Shown here: positions 17,242 through 26,809 of the stretch, piece after piece | Layout: every line of letters starts with the position of its first letter | Numbering within the stretch: position 1 is the stretch's first letter | From: Acetatifactor sp. | GTDB lineage: Bacteria > Bacillota > Clostridia > Lachnospirales > Lachnospiraceae | Assembly (NCBI GenBank): GCA_029064505.1 | Contig: JAIEKC010000635.1 | Coordinates: forward strand, 1-43,323 | Length of the DNA: 43,323 nucleotides | Direction of reading: 5' to 3' | The notes under the pieces: model-generated | The model's input: the letters and a program-made list of their open reading frames with translations, nothing else | Databases searched by the model: none | Told to the model about the DNA's origin: nothing | Translations under genes and position numbers: made by a program

Positions 17242-18621
17242 TCAACGCATAAACAGGCGCATAAGCCTGGTATAAAATGACTTGTAAGGCTGATATCTGA
17301 CCGGCAGGTCAAAAAATGTCTTCTTGTCCACTATGCTCTTTTCATGGGTAAAGGTATCAAAGCCTTTTCTGCCATGATATGATCCCATACCGCTTTCACC
17401 CACGCCGCCAAAGCCCATCTCGCTGGTAGCAAGATGGATCAATACATCATTGATGCACCCGCCGCCGTATTGAATATGCTCTTTCACAAAGCGTGTGTGT
17501 TTTTTGTCCGAAGAAAACAGATACAGCGCCAGCGGTGAATCCATACTGTTGATCTTCTTCACAACTTTCTGAAAGCTTTTATAAGTCAGTATGGGCAGTA
17601 CAGGTCCAAAGATCTCCTCTCCCATGACCGCGTCCTCCCATGTGACATGATCCATCACTGTAGGCGCGATCTGCTGATTCTCCGGATCGGTCTCGCCTCC
17701 GCAGACGACCTTGTCCGGATCGATCAGTCTGCAGACTCTGTCAAAATGCTTCCGATTTACCAGCTTGCCGTATGCGGGATTTTGAAGCGGCCTGTGGCCG
17801 TACTGTAATGCGATCTGCCTTTTCAATTCCTTTAGAAAAGCGTCCTTTACACTCTCCTCGCAATAAATATAGTCAGGCGCAACGCAGGTCTGACCGCAGT
17901 TTATAAATTTACCGAAGGCAATTCTCTTCGCCGCCATTTTAATATCCGCGGTCTCATCCACGATACAGGGACTTTTTCCGCCCAGCTCCAGGGTCACAGG
18001 AGTCAGGTGTTCCGAAGCTTTACGCATCACTTCCCTTCCCACTGTCTTGCTCCCGGTAAAAAAGATGTAATCAAACTTACATTCCAGCAGACAGGAATTT
18101 TCCTCCCTCCCGCCGGTGACCACTGTAACATATTCCGGTGGAAAACATTCCCTGATCATCTTTTCCAGCGCCGCCGATGTAGCCGGCGCATAGGCACTTG
18201 GCTTTAAGATTGCCGTATTCCCGGCGGCAATCGCGTCCGCCAGCGGATCCAGAGCCAGTAACACAGGATAATTCCATGGACTCATGATCAGGACCGTCCC
18301 ATAGGGAACCGGCTTTACAAAGCTTCGGGATATGCTCTGGGCAATGGGAGTGTGTACCCTGTGCTCTCTGGCATATCCGCCCACATGGCGCAGAAGATAA
18401 CTGATCTCGCTCTTGATCAGCCCGATCTCACACATATAGCTCTCCTGCGGACTCTTCTTTAAATCCCGTTGTAAGGCATCTGATAATAATGTCTCATTTA
18501 TTTCCAACGCATGCCGTAATTTTTTTAAGGCCTCTTTCCTGGCCGCAACTGGCAGCGTTGCCCCGGTAGAAAAATAATGCTTCTGTTTCTTCAGCGCCGC
18601 TTCTATTTCCCTATGCTTCAT
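17242..18621 (-). CDS. NAD(P)-dependent aldehyde dehydrogenase (class 3-like)
   Basis: SPWNYP, FFTGS, TLELGGKSP, GQTCVAPD, EEIFGP, FGGVGESGMG. Confidence 0.95.
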   Translation of the reverse strand: MKHREIEAALKKQKHYFSTGATLPVAARKEALKKLRHALEINETLLSDALQRDLKKSPQESYMCEIGLIKSEISYLLRHVGGYAREHRVHTPIAQSISRSFVKPVPYGTVLIMSPWNYPVLLALDPLADAIAAGNTAILKPSAYAPATSAALEKMIRECFPPEYVTVVTGGREENSCLLECKFDYIFFTGSKTVGREVMRKASEHLTPVTLELGGKSPCIVDETADIKMAAKRIAFGKFINCGQTCVAPDYIYCEESVKDAFLKELKRQIALQYGHRPLQNPAYGKLVNRKHFDRVCRLIDPDKVVCGGETDPENQQIAPTVMDHVTWEDAVMGEEIFGPVLPILTYKSFQKVVKKINSMDSPLALYLFSSDKKHTRFVKEHIQYGGGCINDVLIHLATSEMGFGGVGESGMGSYHGRKGFDTFTHEKSIVDKKTFFDLPVRYQPYKSFYTRLMRLFMR

Positions 18622-18653
18622 TTTGCCTCACATTCTCCTGACATCCCTATGGC

Positions 18654-19526
18654 TTATACTCTGGCCTTTCCAAAATGTATCAGTGACAACATATCGGGAC
18701 CTGTATGGGCTCCGATAATGGGGCTTAACATGGTGATCTTCACGGTAAGCTGCGGACGGACCTCCAATACCATTCTCTTTAATTTCTCCGCATTTTCCTT
18801 GCAGTCCGCACAGCAGATATAAACCGTATCGCCGAAGCTTTCGTCAAAGCTTTCCGCAAACAATTCCACCATATATTTCAGCGCAAGACTGTCTCCCCGT
18901 TTCTTCGCAATGGTGTCCAGCTTCCCGTCACCCTTGATGGTGAGGATGGGCTTAATGTTAAGGGCTGTTCCTATTACTGCCGTTGCCGCAGAAATTCTTC
19001 CGCCCCGCTTTAAATACATCAGATCCTCCACCTTGAACCAATAGTTGACTCTGTTTGCATTTTCCCTGAGCCACGCCGCGTTTTCGCCAAGGCTCATTCC
19101 TTTCTCACGGTTCCTGCAGGCTGCCTCGATCAAAAGCCCCATGCCGCCCGTGGCTCCCAGACTGTCCACAACCTCCACATCAACCTCGTCATAAGATTCC
19201 TTCAGCATTTCCACTGCCAGCCGGGCGGACTCATAAGTGTTGCTCAATCCGCCGGAAAGAGAAAGGTACAGAATGGACTTCTTCTCCTTCACATAAGGCT
19301 CAAAAACGGAAACATAATGGAAAGGGGCAATCTGACTGGTCCGTGTGGGAATCGCCTGTCTGAGCTTGTCATAGTAATTGTGCATCATTTCATCGCTTTC
19401 AGGACGCCCGCAATGAAAAGTTTCCTCCCCCAGCATATACTCCATGGGAACAAAGCGCACTGCATTTTGTTCCATAAAAGCCTCATCAATGTCCAAAGAT
19501 ACGTCTGAAAAAATTTCGTAGCTCAT
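18654..19526 (-). CDS. DegV family fatty-acid-binding protein
   Basis: IFSD, TSQI, LSGGLSNTY, YLKRGGRI, NIKPIL, IGAHTGP; start MSYEIF after GAGGAG. Confidence 0.93.
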   Translation of the reverse strand: MSYEIFSDVSLDIDEAFMEQNAVRFVPMEYMLGEETFHCGRPESDEMMHNYYDKLRQAIPTRTSQIAPFHYVSVFEPYVKEKKSILYLSLSGGLSNTYESARLAVEMLKESYDEVDVEVVDSLGATGGMGLLIEAACRNREKGMSLGENAAWLRENANRVNYWFKVEDLMYLKRGGRISAATAVIGTALNIKPILTIKGDGKLDTIAKKRGDSLALKYMVELFAESFDESFGDTVYICCADCKENAEKLKRMVLEVRPQLTVKITMLSPIIGAHTGPDMLSLIHFGKARV

Positions 19527-19607
19527 TTTCTCCTCATTTCCGCGCGGGCTCATGGATTCCACGCTGATTCTTATAATGCGGTATGTCGCCCCGGATCGCC
19601 TATAAAC

Positions 19608-19636
19608 ATTATAGCGGCAAAATCATGCAATTGCAA
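19608..19636 (-). promoter_or_regulatory. Sigma-A promoter of degV-family gene
   Basis: TTGCAA-N17-TATAAT on minus strand. Confidence 0.7.
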
Positions 19637-19694
19637 TGAAAACACTTTTCTCTTCCCGGGAATATAATAAATAAAACTCACACAGGAGCTATCT

Positions 19695-20267
19695 ATGCAG
19701 ATCATTCCCTCTCTGCTGTTCGGAATATCCGCCAGTCTGGATGCAATGCTCATCGGTATCAGTTACGGAATCCGCAGCATCCGCATCCGCCTCTGGCAAA
19801 ATCTCCTGATCAGCGGCATCACATTGGTCGGCACCTGTCTCTCTATAGGTTTCGGAGACTGGCTGGCTCCCAGGCTTCCCCACATGATAAGCAGGTATGT
19901 GGGAAGCATAGTCCTGATGATGCTGGGCATCTGGTATGTGGTAAAGTGGCTGGTAAAGAAACTGGCAAACACGCGGGAAATGACACAGACTGCCGCTGCA
20001 GGATCCTTTCTGCGTCTCTCTGTTCCCGAAGTTCTGGGACTTGGAATAAGCCTGTCCCTGAACAATATAGGGATCGGTCTCAGCGCAAGCATCGCCGGCC
20101 TGACCCTGCTTCCCGCCTCCGTTGCCACATTGGCCTGCTCCCTGCTCTTCCTTTTTGCAGGAAACCGTCTGGGCAGGAGCCGCCCTCTTCAGCTTTTCGG
20201 TTCAGCCGCTGATCCGGTATCCGGAATTCTCCTGATACTGCTGGCATTTCTACAGGCATTTCTGTAG
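19695..20267 (+). CDS. YtaF/MntP family membrane protein
   Basis: SASLDAMLIGISYG and repeated SLSLNNIGIG motifs; about 6 TM; RBS AGGAG. Confidence 0.85.
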   Translation: MQIIPSLLFGISASLDAMLIGISYGIRSIRIRLWQNLLISGITLVGTCLSIGFGDWLAPRLPHMISRYVGSIVLMMLGIWYVVKWLVKKLANTREMTQTAAAGSFLRLSVPEVLGLGISLSLNNIGIGLSASIAGLTLLPASVATLACSLLFLFAGNRLGRSRPLQLFGSAADPVSGILLILLAFLQAFL

Positions 20268-20379
20268 GAAAATGTCCCGTTCTGTACTCTTTATTGACAT
20301 TTCTTTGCCAATTCTTCTGCGAAATGGGGTCTCCTGTTTCGCTTTACATAAATTATTCTTTATAAAAGAAAATTCTAAA

Positions 20380-20408
20380 TTTACAATTCCATGTATATTG
20401 TTTATAAT
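20380..20408 (+). promoter_or_regulatory. Sigma-A promoter of chromate transporter pair
   Basis: TTTACA-N17-TATAAT. Confidence 0.65.
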
Positions 20409-20452
20409 AGATTATAGTCCGACTCTCCTGATTACAGAAATTGTCAAATCAC

Positions 20453-20494
20453 ATATGGTAACAGTTCAGACAGGTCACTGAACTGTTACCATAT
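20453..20494. repeat. Perfect 17-bp-stem palindrome (REP-like)
   Basis: ATATGGTAACAGTTCAG-ACAGGTCA-CTGAACTGTTACCATAT. Confidence 0.85.
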
Positions 20495-20542
20495 AACTGT
20501 ATATGGATATCACCAAATTCAATTTGAAAAGCGAGTACGATC

Positions 20543-21136
20543 ATGAACAAAGAAAACAAAAAACCATTAAACGGAAAGCTGCTGGGTCAGCTTTTCATCA
20601 CTATGTTCTCCCTCAGTGCCTGCACCTTCGGCGGCGGCTTTGTCATTGTATCCCTGATGAAGAAAAAGGTAGTGGAAGAACGGCGCTGGCTGGATGAGGA
20701 GGAAATGCTGGATATCACGGCTATTGCCCAGTCCTCTCCGGGACCCATCCCCGTCAATGCCTCCGTCATTCTGGGCTACCGGCTGCAGGGCATCGCAGGC
20801 TCTCTGGTAGCCGTGGGCGGCACCATACTTCCACCTATGATCCTGCTGTCCCTGATCGCGGTCTTTTACGACTGGTTCCGACAGAACTCTGTTGTAAATA
20901 CTGCTCTGACAGTCATGCGCGCGGGAGTGGCCGCCGTGATCTGCGATGTAGTCATCAATCTGGCGAAAAACGTGCTGGGGACGAAAAAGCCCCTGTATAT
21001 TGCTTTAATGGCGATCACTTTCATTTTAGGCTACTTCCTGAATGTCAGCGCCATGTTCATTATTCTGGGATGCCTTGCCACCGGGATCCTTTGCGTGGTA
21101 TTTGACCAGAGAAAGAAAGGGAGGACCGACGAATGA
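20543..21136 (+). CDS. Short-chain chromate transporter (CHR family), subunit 1
   Basis: TFGGG, AQSSPGP, LGYRLQG. Confidence 0.9.
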   Translation: MNKENKKPLNGKLLGQLFITMFSLSACTFGGGFVIVSLMKKKVVEERRWLDEEEMLDITAIAQSSPGPIPVNASVILGYRLQGIAGSLVAVGGTILPPMILLSLIAVFYDWFRQNSVVNTALTVMRAGVAAVICDVVINLAKNVLGTKKPLYIALMAITFILGYFLNVSAMFIILGCLATGILCVVFDQRKKGRTDE

Positions 21137-21711
21137 ATACTTTGGCAAAGCTTTTTATCAGCTTTTTACAGGTTGGACTGTTCAGTGTGGGAGGCGGATA
21201 CGCGGCGATTCCCCTGATCCAGAATCAGATCGTCAATGTGTGGCATCTGATGTCCATGGAAGAATTCGCAGACCTTATCACCATTGCCGAGATGACTCCC
21301 GGTCCCATATCCATCAATTCCGCCACTTTCGTGGGCATGCGGCTGATGGGTGTGCCCGGGGCATTGCTGTGCACCTTCGGATGCATCCTGATGCCCTTTA
21401 TCATCTGCCTGACGTTGGCTTACTTTTACTATAAATACCGCAATTTCTCCGGCGTCCAGACAGTGTTGGGCTGCCTGCGGCCCGCAGTAGTCTCCCTGAT
21501 CTCCTGTGCGGGACTCTCTATTCTGACGCTGGCTGTCTTTCGGGATGCCACTGTGAATTTCGCCCTGTCCAATCTGAAATGGGTGGAGATCGGACTGTTT
21601 GCAGTCTGCCTGTTCCTGTTGCGGAAATTCAAGCTGGGAGCGATCAAGATCATTCTGGGTTCAGGTGTAGTGGGCACACTGATCTATCTTATGATCCCCG
21701 GGCTGGCGTAA
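21133..21711 (+). CDS. Short-chain chromate transporter (CHR family), subunit 2
   Basis: SVGGGY, AEMTPGPISINSATFVG, LRPAVV; ATGA overlap with subunit 1. Confidence 0.9.
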   Translation: MNTLAKLFISFLQVGLFSVGGGYAAIPLIQNQIVNVWHLMSMEEFADLITIAEMTPGPISINSATFVGMRLMGVPGALLCTFGCILMPFIICLTLAYFYYKYRNFSGVQTVLGCLRPAVVSLISCAGLSILTLAVFRDATVNFALSNLKWVEIGLFAVCLFLLRKFKLGAIKIILGSGVVGTLIYLMIPGLA

Positions 21712-21738
21712 TATGAGAAAAGTTTCCAATTGCTTCCC

Positions 21739-21776
21739 AAATGCCATGTAGCGCAAATGTTACATGGCATTTTTTA
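21739..21776 (+). terminator. Intrinsic terminator after chromate transporter pair
   Basis: AAATGCCATGTAGC-loop-GTTACATGGCATTT followed by T-run. Confidence 0.85.
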
Positions 21777-21950
21777 TCCGGATCCGAATCATAAGATTTA
21801 ACATGGATATACCTTTTTGACATGCATATTTTCACTCCCTCAGGGGATGATAACTATAACATGATCAAACCGTATAAGAATGCAGATGCCATTTTATATG
21901 GGACATAATTGTTATATTCACAGAACCTTATAAGGAGTGCGAAAGCCGCC

Positions 21951-23411
21951 ATGCCACTGTCTGCCAGCATAGAAGAAAACATTCAATACTTAAAATCCCG
22001 GCTGCCCATAGACTCCAGCTTTGATCTCATGACCAGAGATCTTTATCTGGGTAACACCAAAGCATATTTTCTGGGTGTCAACGGTTTCTGTAAAACCGAA
22101 ATCTTACAACAGATCTTTTCGGATCTGCAAAATCCCCTGTATGTGAAAGACGGAACCGTAGAAGATATCGTCCGATACATGAATGCGAAGATAGGCTATG
22201 CCCAGGCTTCCCTGTGCGATTCCTGGGACACCATTCTAAGAAACGTGCTCAGCGGTCCCTCCCTGCTTTTGATCGATGGCTTTTCACAGGGAATCCTGAT
22301 CGATGTGAGAACCTACCCCGCCAGGGGAATTTCCGAACCGGATGTGGAGCGGGTGACCAGAGGGGCGCGGGACGGTTTTGTGGAAACCATGCTGTTCAAT
22401 GCCAACCTGATCCGCAGACGCGTGCGCTCCACCGACCTCTGTTTCTCCGTACACAGTGTGGGAACGGAAAGCAAAACAGACGTCTGCATTGCATATCTGG
22501 AAAGCACTGTAAACGGAGAATTGCTGAAAAAGCTTTCGGAAAGTATGGACGCTCTGAAAGTTTCCGCTCTGACCATGGGAAGCAAAAGCCTGGAAGAACT
22601 TCTGTTGCCGAAACGGTGGTGGAATCCTCTCCCCTCCATTCAGACCACAGAACGTCCGGATGTGGCATGCAGCTATCTTTTAGAAGGCCATATTCTGGTA
22701 ATAATAGACAATTCCCCTGTGGTTTTGATCTTCCCCTGCACGATCTTCCAATTTACCCAGAGTTCCGAAGACTACTACAACAGCCCTTCGGTGGGGACCT
22801 ACTTCCGTCTGGTGAGATTTTTCTGCATTCCCGTCAGTCTGCTTCTGATGCCCGTATTTCTGCTCCTGACCGGATATTTCCCGGAGCTGTCCGACCAATG
22901 GGGACTGCTTTCGGACAGTGGCAGCATGACGCCGCAACGAATATTTTTCTATGTACTGGCAGTAGAATTTCTGCTGGATTTACTGAAATATTCCGCCGCA
23001 TTGAATTCCGGAAGACTCTCCGGCTCACTCTCCATCATTGGAGGACTGATCATCGGTGACATTGCCGTCAGTCTGAACTGGGCTTCCGTGGAGGTGCTGT
23101 TTTATGCGGCAATTACCCTGCTGGCCTCCCTCTCTATCTCCGGTACGGAGTTCAGCGACGGTATCCGACTGTACCGCATCCTGCTGATCCTGGCAACCGG
23201 ATTCTTCGGACTGCCCGGATTCCTGATCGGATCAATACTGGTCCTGCTGTCCATGGCTACCACTCCTACCTTTGGAGGTTACAGCTATTTCTGGCCTCTG
23301 TTCCCTTTTAACAAAAAAGCCCTGGGCAGACTGCTGTTTCGCAGTCCCACACCCAAGGCTCAGCCTTCCAAAGTCTGGAATCGGGGAAATCCCCGAATGA
23401 ATAACAAATAG
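21951..23411 (+). CDS. Spore germination protein GerA / SpoVAF family
   Basis: RTYPARGISEP, RGARDGFVE, NANLIRRR, TERPD, DNSP, SIIGGLIIGD, SYFWPLFPF; start could alternatively be TTG 21909. Confidence 0.93.
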   Translation: MPLSASIEENIQYLKSRLPIDSSFDLMTRDLYLGNTKAYFLGVNGFCKTEILQQIFSDLQNPLYVKDGTVEDIVRYMNAKIGYAQASLCDSWDTILRNVLSGPSLLLIDGFSQGILIDVRTYPARGISEPDVERVTRGARDGFVETMLFNANLIRRRVRSTDLCFSVHSVGTESKTDVCIAYLESTVNGELLKKLSESMDALKVSALTMGSKSLEELLLPKRWWNPLPSIQTTERPDVACSYLLEGHILVIIDNSPVVLIFPCTIFQFTQSSEDYYNSPSVGTYFRLVRFFCIPVSLLLMPVFLLLTGYFPELSDQWGLLSDSGSMTPQRIFFYVLAVEFLLDLLKYSAALNSGRLSGSLSIIGGLIIGDIAVSLNWASVEVLFYAAITLLASLSISGTEFSDGIRLYRILLILATGFFGLPGFLIGSILVLLSMATTPTFGGYSYFWPLFPFNKKALGRLLFRSPTPKAQPSKVWNRGNPRMNNK

Positions 23412-23500
23412 CATCCCTGCCCTCCATCCGATCAGGAATTGGACTTGTGGACTGAGTGGTCCGTTCCGGAACTGACAGACCAACTTCCTGCCGCGACAGG

Positions 23501-24481
23501 TCACTGTTTTTTGAAAAGCGACTGCCTGGCGCCATGCATCTCTCCACCGGTCAATGCATCATTTACCGCGTCCATACGCAGGCCGGCATCTATAAAATCA
23601 CAGAACTTGCAGAAAGAATATTCCTGACGGCCTTTCTGCAGCTTCTTTCGGATGTCCTTATACGGCTCACTGTTCCATGCTTCCTTAATGGGAGTCACCT
23701 TCAGATCCGCCAGTGTGGTAACCTCAAAATTGTCACAGCAGCAGATCCCCATCCTTCCGTCCGGGAAGATGAACATATCCGTGTAGGGCATCAGACAGGT
23801 CTCCCTGATAACTTTAGCCGTATTTTTCTTATTCGGCGCACTGCCTGCGCGGTTGGTGAGAACCGCCTGCTTATACCGCATCTGGATCAGGATTTCCACA
23901 TCGGCAAACTCCTCCGGATGCGCGCATATATAGTCATAGATCTCTTTTACGTTTTTATGCAGCTTCATATCATCACAGTAATTATTGATGACCAGCTGAT
24001 CAATATAAGGTTTGATCTCCTTCACCTTATCCACCGTCAGAAGAAGTCCGTTGGTTGACATGAATATGTAGCAATCCGGAAGCTGCTCCCTGCAATATTT
24101 GTGAAATTCCACAATATTGACATCCATCCACGGCTCGTTATTTCCGTATAAGGTGAGATGCCCTTTGTATCCCCAGTCGCGAAGCTGGTCAATAATAGAA
24201 TAAAACAGCTCCTTCTCCATACGCTGAAAAGGACGCTTCTCCGCGTTCCTGTTTGCCGTACAGAAAGCACAGTCCGAATTACAGCGGTTGATGGTCTCCA
24301 GGTTTACGATCAACGGGTAAGGCGGTTCCTTCGCCTCCATAAAATATTTGATATAAGCCTGCTGTGATTTTCTTCTCCCCAGAAATTGCAGCTTCAGATA
24401 AGCATTGCTCGACAGCATTGGCAGCCTCTTCTGTAATTCCCAGCCTAACCGGCCCATAAAATTGTGTATTCTGACCGACAT
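23501..24481 (-). CDS. Radical SAM protein with SPASM/Twitch domain
   Basis: CNSDCAFC (CxxxCxxC), NNEP, STNG, NRAG, C-terminal CLMP...PDG...CCCD...CKFC. Confidence 0.9.
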   Translation of the reverse strand: MSVRIHNFMGRLGWELQKRLPMLSSNAYLKLQFLGRRKSQQAYIKYFMEAKEPPYPLIVNLETINRCNSDCAFCTANRNAEKRPFQRMEKELFYSIIDQLRDWGYKGHLTLYGNNEPWMDVNIVEFHKYCREQLPDCYIFMSTNGLLLTVDKVKEIKPYIDQLVINNYCDDMKLHKNVKEIYDYICAHPEEFADVEILIQMRYKQAVLTNRAGSAPNKKNTAKVIRETCLMPYTDMFIFPDGRMGICCCDNFEVTTLADLKVTPIKEAWNSEPYKDIRKKLQKGRQEYSFCKFCDFIDAGLRMDAVNDALTGGEMHGARQSLFKKQ

Positions 24482-24644
24482 ATCCTATCCCTTTCGTACG
24501 GTTGTATCCGATTGTAATTCTGCCAATTTACTGCTTACCCGCTTTCCATTCAGTCAAAGGCAATATTCACGGAAATCCTTCAAACTTCTCACCATGCCGC
24601 CATCAGCAGCACACGTATTCACATTTCATTCCTGTTACTTACAG

Positions 24645-24778
24645 AGAGCAAATACCCCGCTGCAGGTAATGGGATATCGATCTTGCAGTGCTGCAAAGCA
24701 GAAGGTGTCCCTTGGACACCTTGGTATTGTGATCCTCGCGGCATTTGTCAAAATATGCAGGCATGCTCACTTGACATA
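24645..24778. repeat. Palindrome-rich, possibly MITE/REP-like remnant downstream of tRNA-Gly
   Basis: AAGGTGTCC-CTT-GGACACCTT (24702-24722), TTGCAG-TG-CTGCAA, TGTCAA...TTGACA; begins GAGCAAATACCCCGC. Confidence 0.4.
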
Positions 24779-24798
24779 TTTCCCACGGGAATAAAAAA

Positions 24799-24870
<72 letters not shown>

Positions 24871-24947
24871 ATAATGTACAGGCTTCCACCTGTGAGTATA
24901 AAATTGTAATAACAGGAAGATGATCGGTAACCAACACATTCCCTGTA

Positions 24948-25018
24948 AGCGGGTGATGGGAATCGAACCCACGTATCTAGCTTGGAAGGCTAGTGTTCTA
25001 CCATTGAACTACACCCGC
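24948..25018 (-). tRNA. tRNA-Gly (TCC)
   Basis: GCGGGTGTAGTTCAATGGTAGAAC...CTTCCAA...GGTTCGATTCC; CCA not encoded. Confidence 0.97.
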
Positions 25019-25056
25019 ATGCATTACATATCAGAGCGCCCCATTCCACTGCGCAA

Positions 25057-25129
<73 letters not shown>

Positions 25130-25163
25130 CTGTAACGTATATCCCTGCGTCACAACATAGATT

Positions 25164-25192
25164 ATTTTATACGGTATAGTCAAAAAAGTCAA
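25164..25192 (-). promoter_or_regulatory. Sigma-A promoter of tRNA Phe-Gly-Gly operon
   Basis: TTGACT-N17-TAAAAT on minus strand, about 35 nt upstream of tRNA-Phe. Confidence 0.8.
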
Positions 25193-25201
25193 TACCTTTT
25201 T

Positions 25202-26761
25202 TTAATTTTTATTACATCTTCGACACAGCAGCCACAACCCATAAAACGCACACATTACATAAACAGGCAACATACAGTACAGATACCGCCCTCTTGCCTC
25301 AAACAACATCACAAAAGCAAAGCTTCCCAGCAAAGACAACAGCATGACATTTTCCTGAGAGCGCATCCTGCCTGTTTTCAACAAAAACATTCCCAACAGC
25401 AGTCCCAACACCCCCAGCCACACAGCATGTTCAAAGGATCCAAAATAGAAATTCCAATCCGTTCCGCCGTAGAACAGTCTGCGAAGCCGCTGTGTCAGCA
25501 GGGTCTCATACTTGGAGGAATTTCTCATATTGAAACCGCCCTCCATCCACCAGCTGAAAGTGCCATCATTATAATTTGTCAATGTCTTACGCACAAGAAA
25601 ATACAGGTATCCGCCTACGCCGTATTCTGACAGCCTCTCCTGTATGACCTCCAGATTTGCCCTCTGACACTCCGCAACCGAGGACTGCGAACTGGAAAAG
25701 CCATAATCATTTGAATTATAGGCTCCCGCTGTCTCATCATTCAGACCCATCATCAGATAATGGGTATAAGTCAGTCTGATATCCTCATTCAAGATACATC
25801 CTGTGTAAGATATCATTGCCCTGTTGACTCCCACCAGAATCACCAGCGCTGCCGCCACCATGCCCAGATGCTGCAGCACGGACAGCCTGCCCGGTTTCCT
25901 TTCCCCGATCAGCTTTACAATTTCCATAATCAAAACCGCGATAAAGACCATCCCGCTGTTAGGCTTGATCATCATACCGAATCTGCCCAGAAAGCCGATC
26001 AAAAACCATAAAAGCAATTCTTTCTTTTTCGATGTCTGATTCCTTGCAAGCAGATAAAGCCAGAACACCAGAGAAGGAAACAATATACTGTATGTGTCTG
26101 AATATGGAACCACGATCCATGGAGAAATTCCCACCAGAATCGCAAACAGAATATACGATAGCAATGCAGCCGTACCGCTCCCTGTCAGTTTACGGAGAGA
26201 TAATGAGGCAAAGACGCCTGCCAGATTGACCAGTCCGCAGTCCACCATAATACACACAAAATAAGCCAGTGTATTATAGCCCAGAAAGCATGGCAGCTCC
26301 TGGATCCACGCCAATACGGCGGTCAACGCGATCTGGTTCGTATACTGGGAGAAATACCAGAAATCTCCTACCGTCTGCTCCCCCGCGGCAATATAGTATG
26401 ACATGCCTACCACGATGCTGGGATCCCATCCTGCAAAAAAATAGATATGATAGGAAATAAACCACTGTATGATCAACAGCAAAAATGACATTGACAGCAG
26501 CAACAGCAGATAATTCCTTTCAATAAATCTGCCAGCCTTCCGAATAAAAGCACACTTTTTCCATAATATCAAGAGTCCTGCAATCAACACAACCGGCAAC
26601 AGCACCAGCAAAAGATTGGGTGCCGCCGTCCACAGGGTACTGTTGGGAGAAGCCTCTATTCTCTTATCCACAAACACAACAATAACAAAGACCAGTGTAA
26701 AAACAATGCAAAAGCACCACTTAATCCATTTTGCAATCCTGTTCTCAAATCCGGTTTCCAT
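25202..26761 (-). CDS. Integral membrane GT-C-fold glycosyltransferase (PMT/GT39-like; TIGR03766-like)
   Basis: About 12 TM; GWD, YFSQYTNQ, VPYSDT, IKP, HYLMMGLN, FEARGRY. Confidence 0.75.
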   Translation of the reverse strand: METGFENRIAKWIKWCFCIVFTLVFVIVVFVDKRIEASPNSTLWTAAPNLLLVLLPVVLIAGLLILWKKCAFIRKAGRFIERNYLLLLLSMSFLLLIIQWFISYHIYFFAGWDPSIVVGMSYYIAAGEQTVGDFWYFSQYTNQIALTAVLAWIQELPCFLGYNTLAYFVCIMVDCGLVNLAGVFASLSLRKLTGSGTAALLSYILFAILVGISPWIVVPYSDTYSILFPSLVFWLYLLARNQTSKKKELLLWFLIGFLGRFGMMIKPNSGMVFIAVLIMEIVKLIGERKPGRLSVLQHLGMVAAALVILVGVNRAMISYTGCILNEDIRLTYTHYLMMGLNDETAGAYNSNDYGFSSSQSSVAECQRANLEVIQERLSEYGVGGYLYFLVRKTLTNYNDGTFSWWMEGGFNMRNSSKYETLLTQRLRRLFYGGTDWNFYFGSFEHAVWLGVLGLLLGMFLLKTGRMRSQENVMLLSLLGSFAFVMLFEARGRYLYCMLPVYVMCAFYGLWLLCRRCNKN

Positions 26762-26809
26762 AAATCTCCATTTCCGGAAGCCATACGAAATATTTCCGGC
26801 CGCTCCCCA

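Noticed and set aside
16066-17280. 404-aa + strand ORF
   Set aside because: Antisense shadow of the deacetylase and YwlG-like genes; no motifs or RBS
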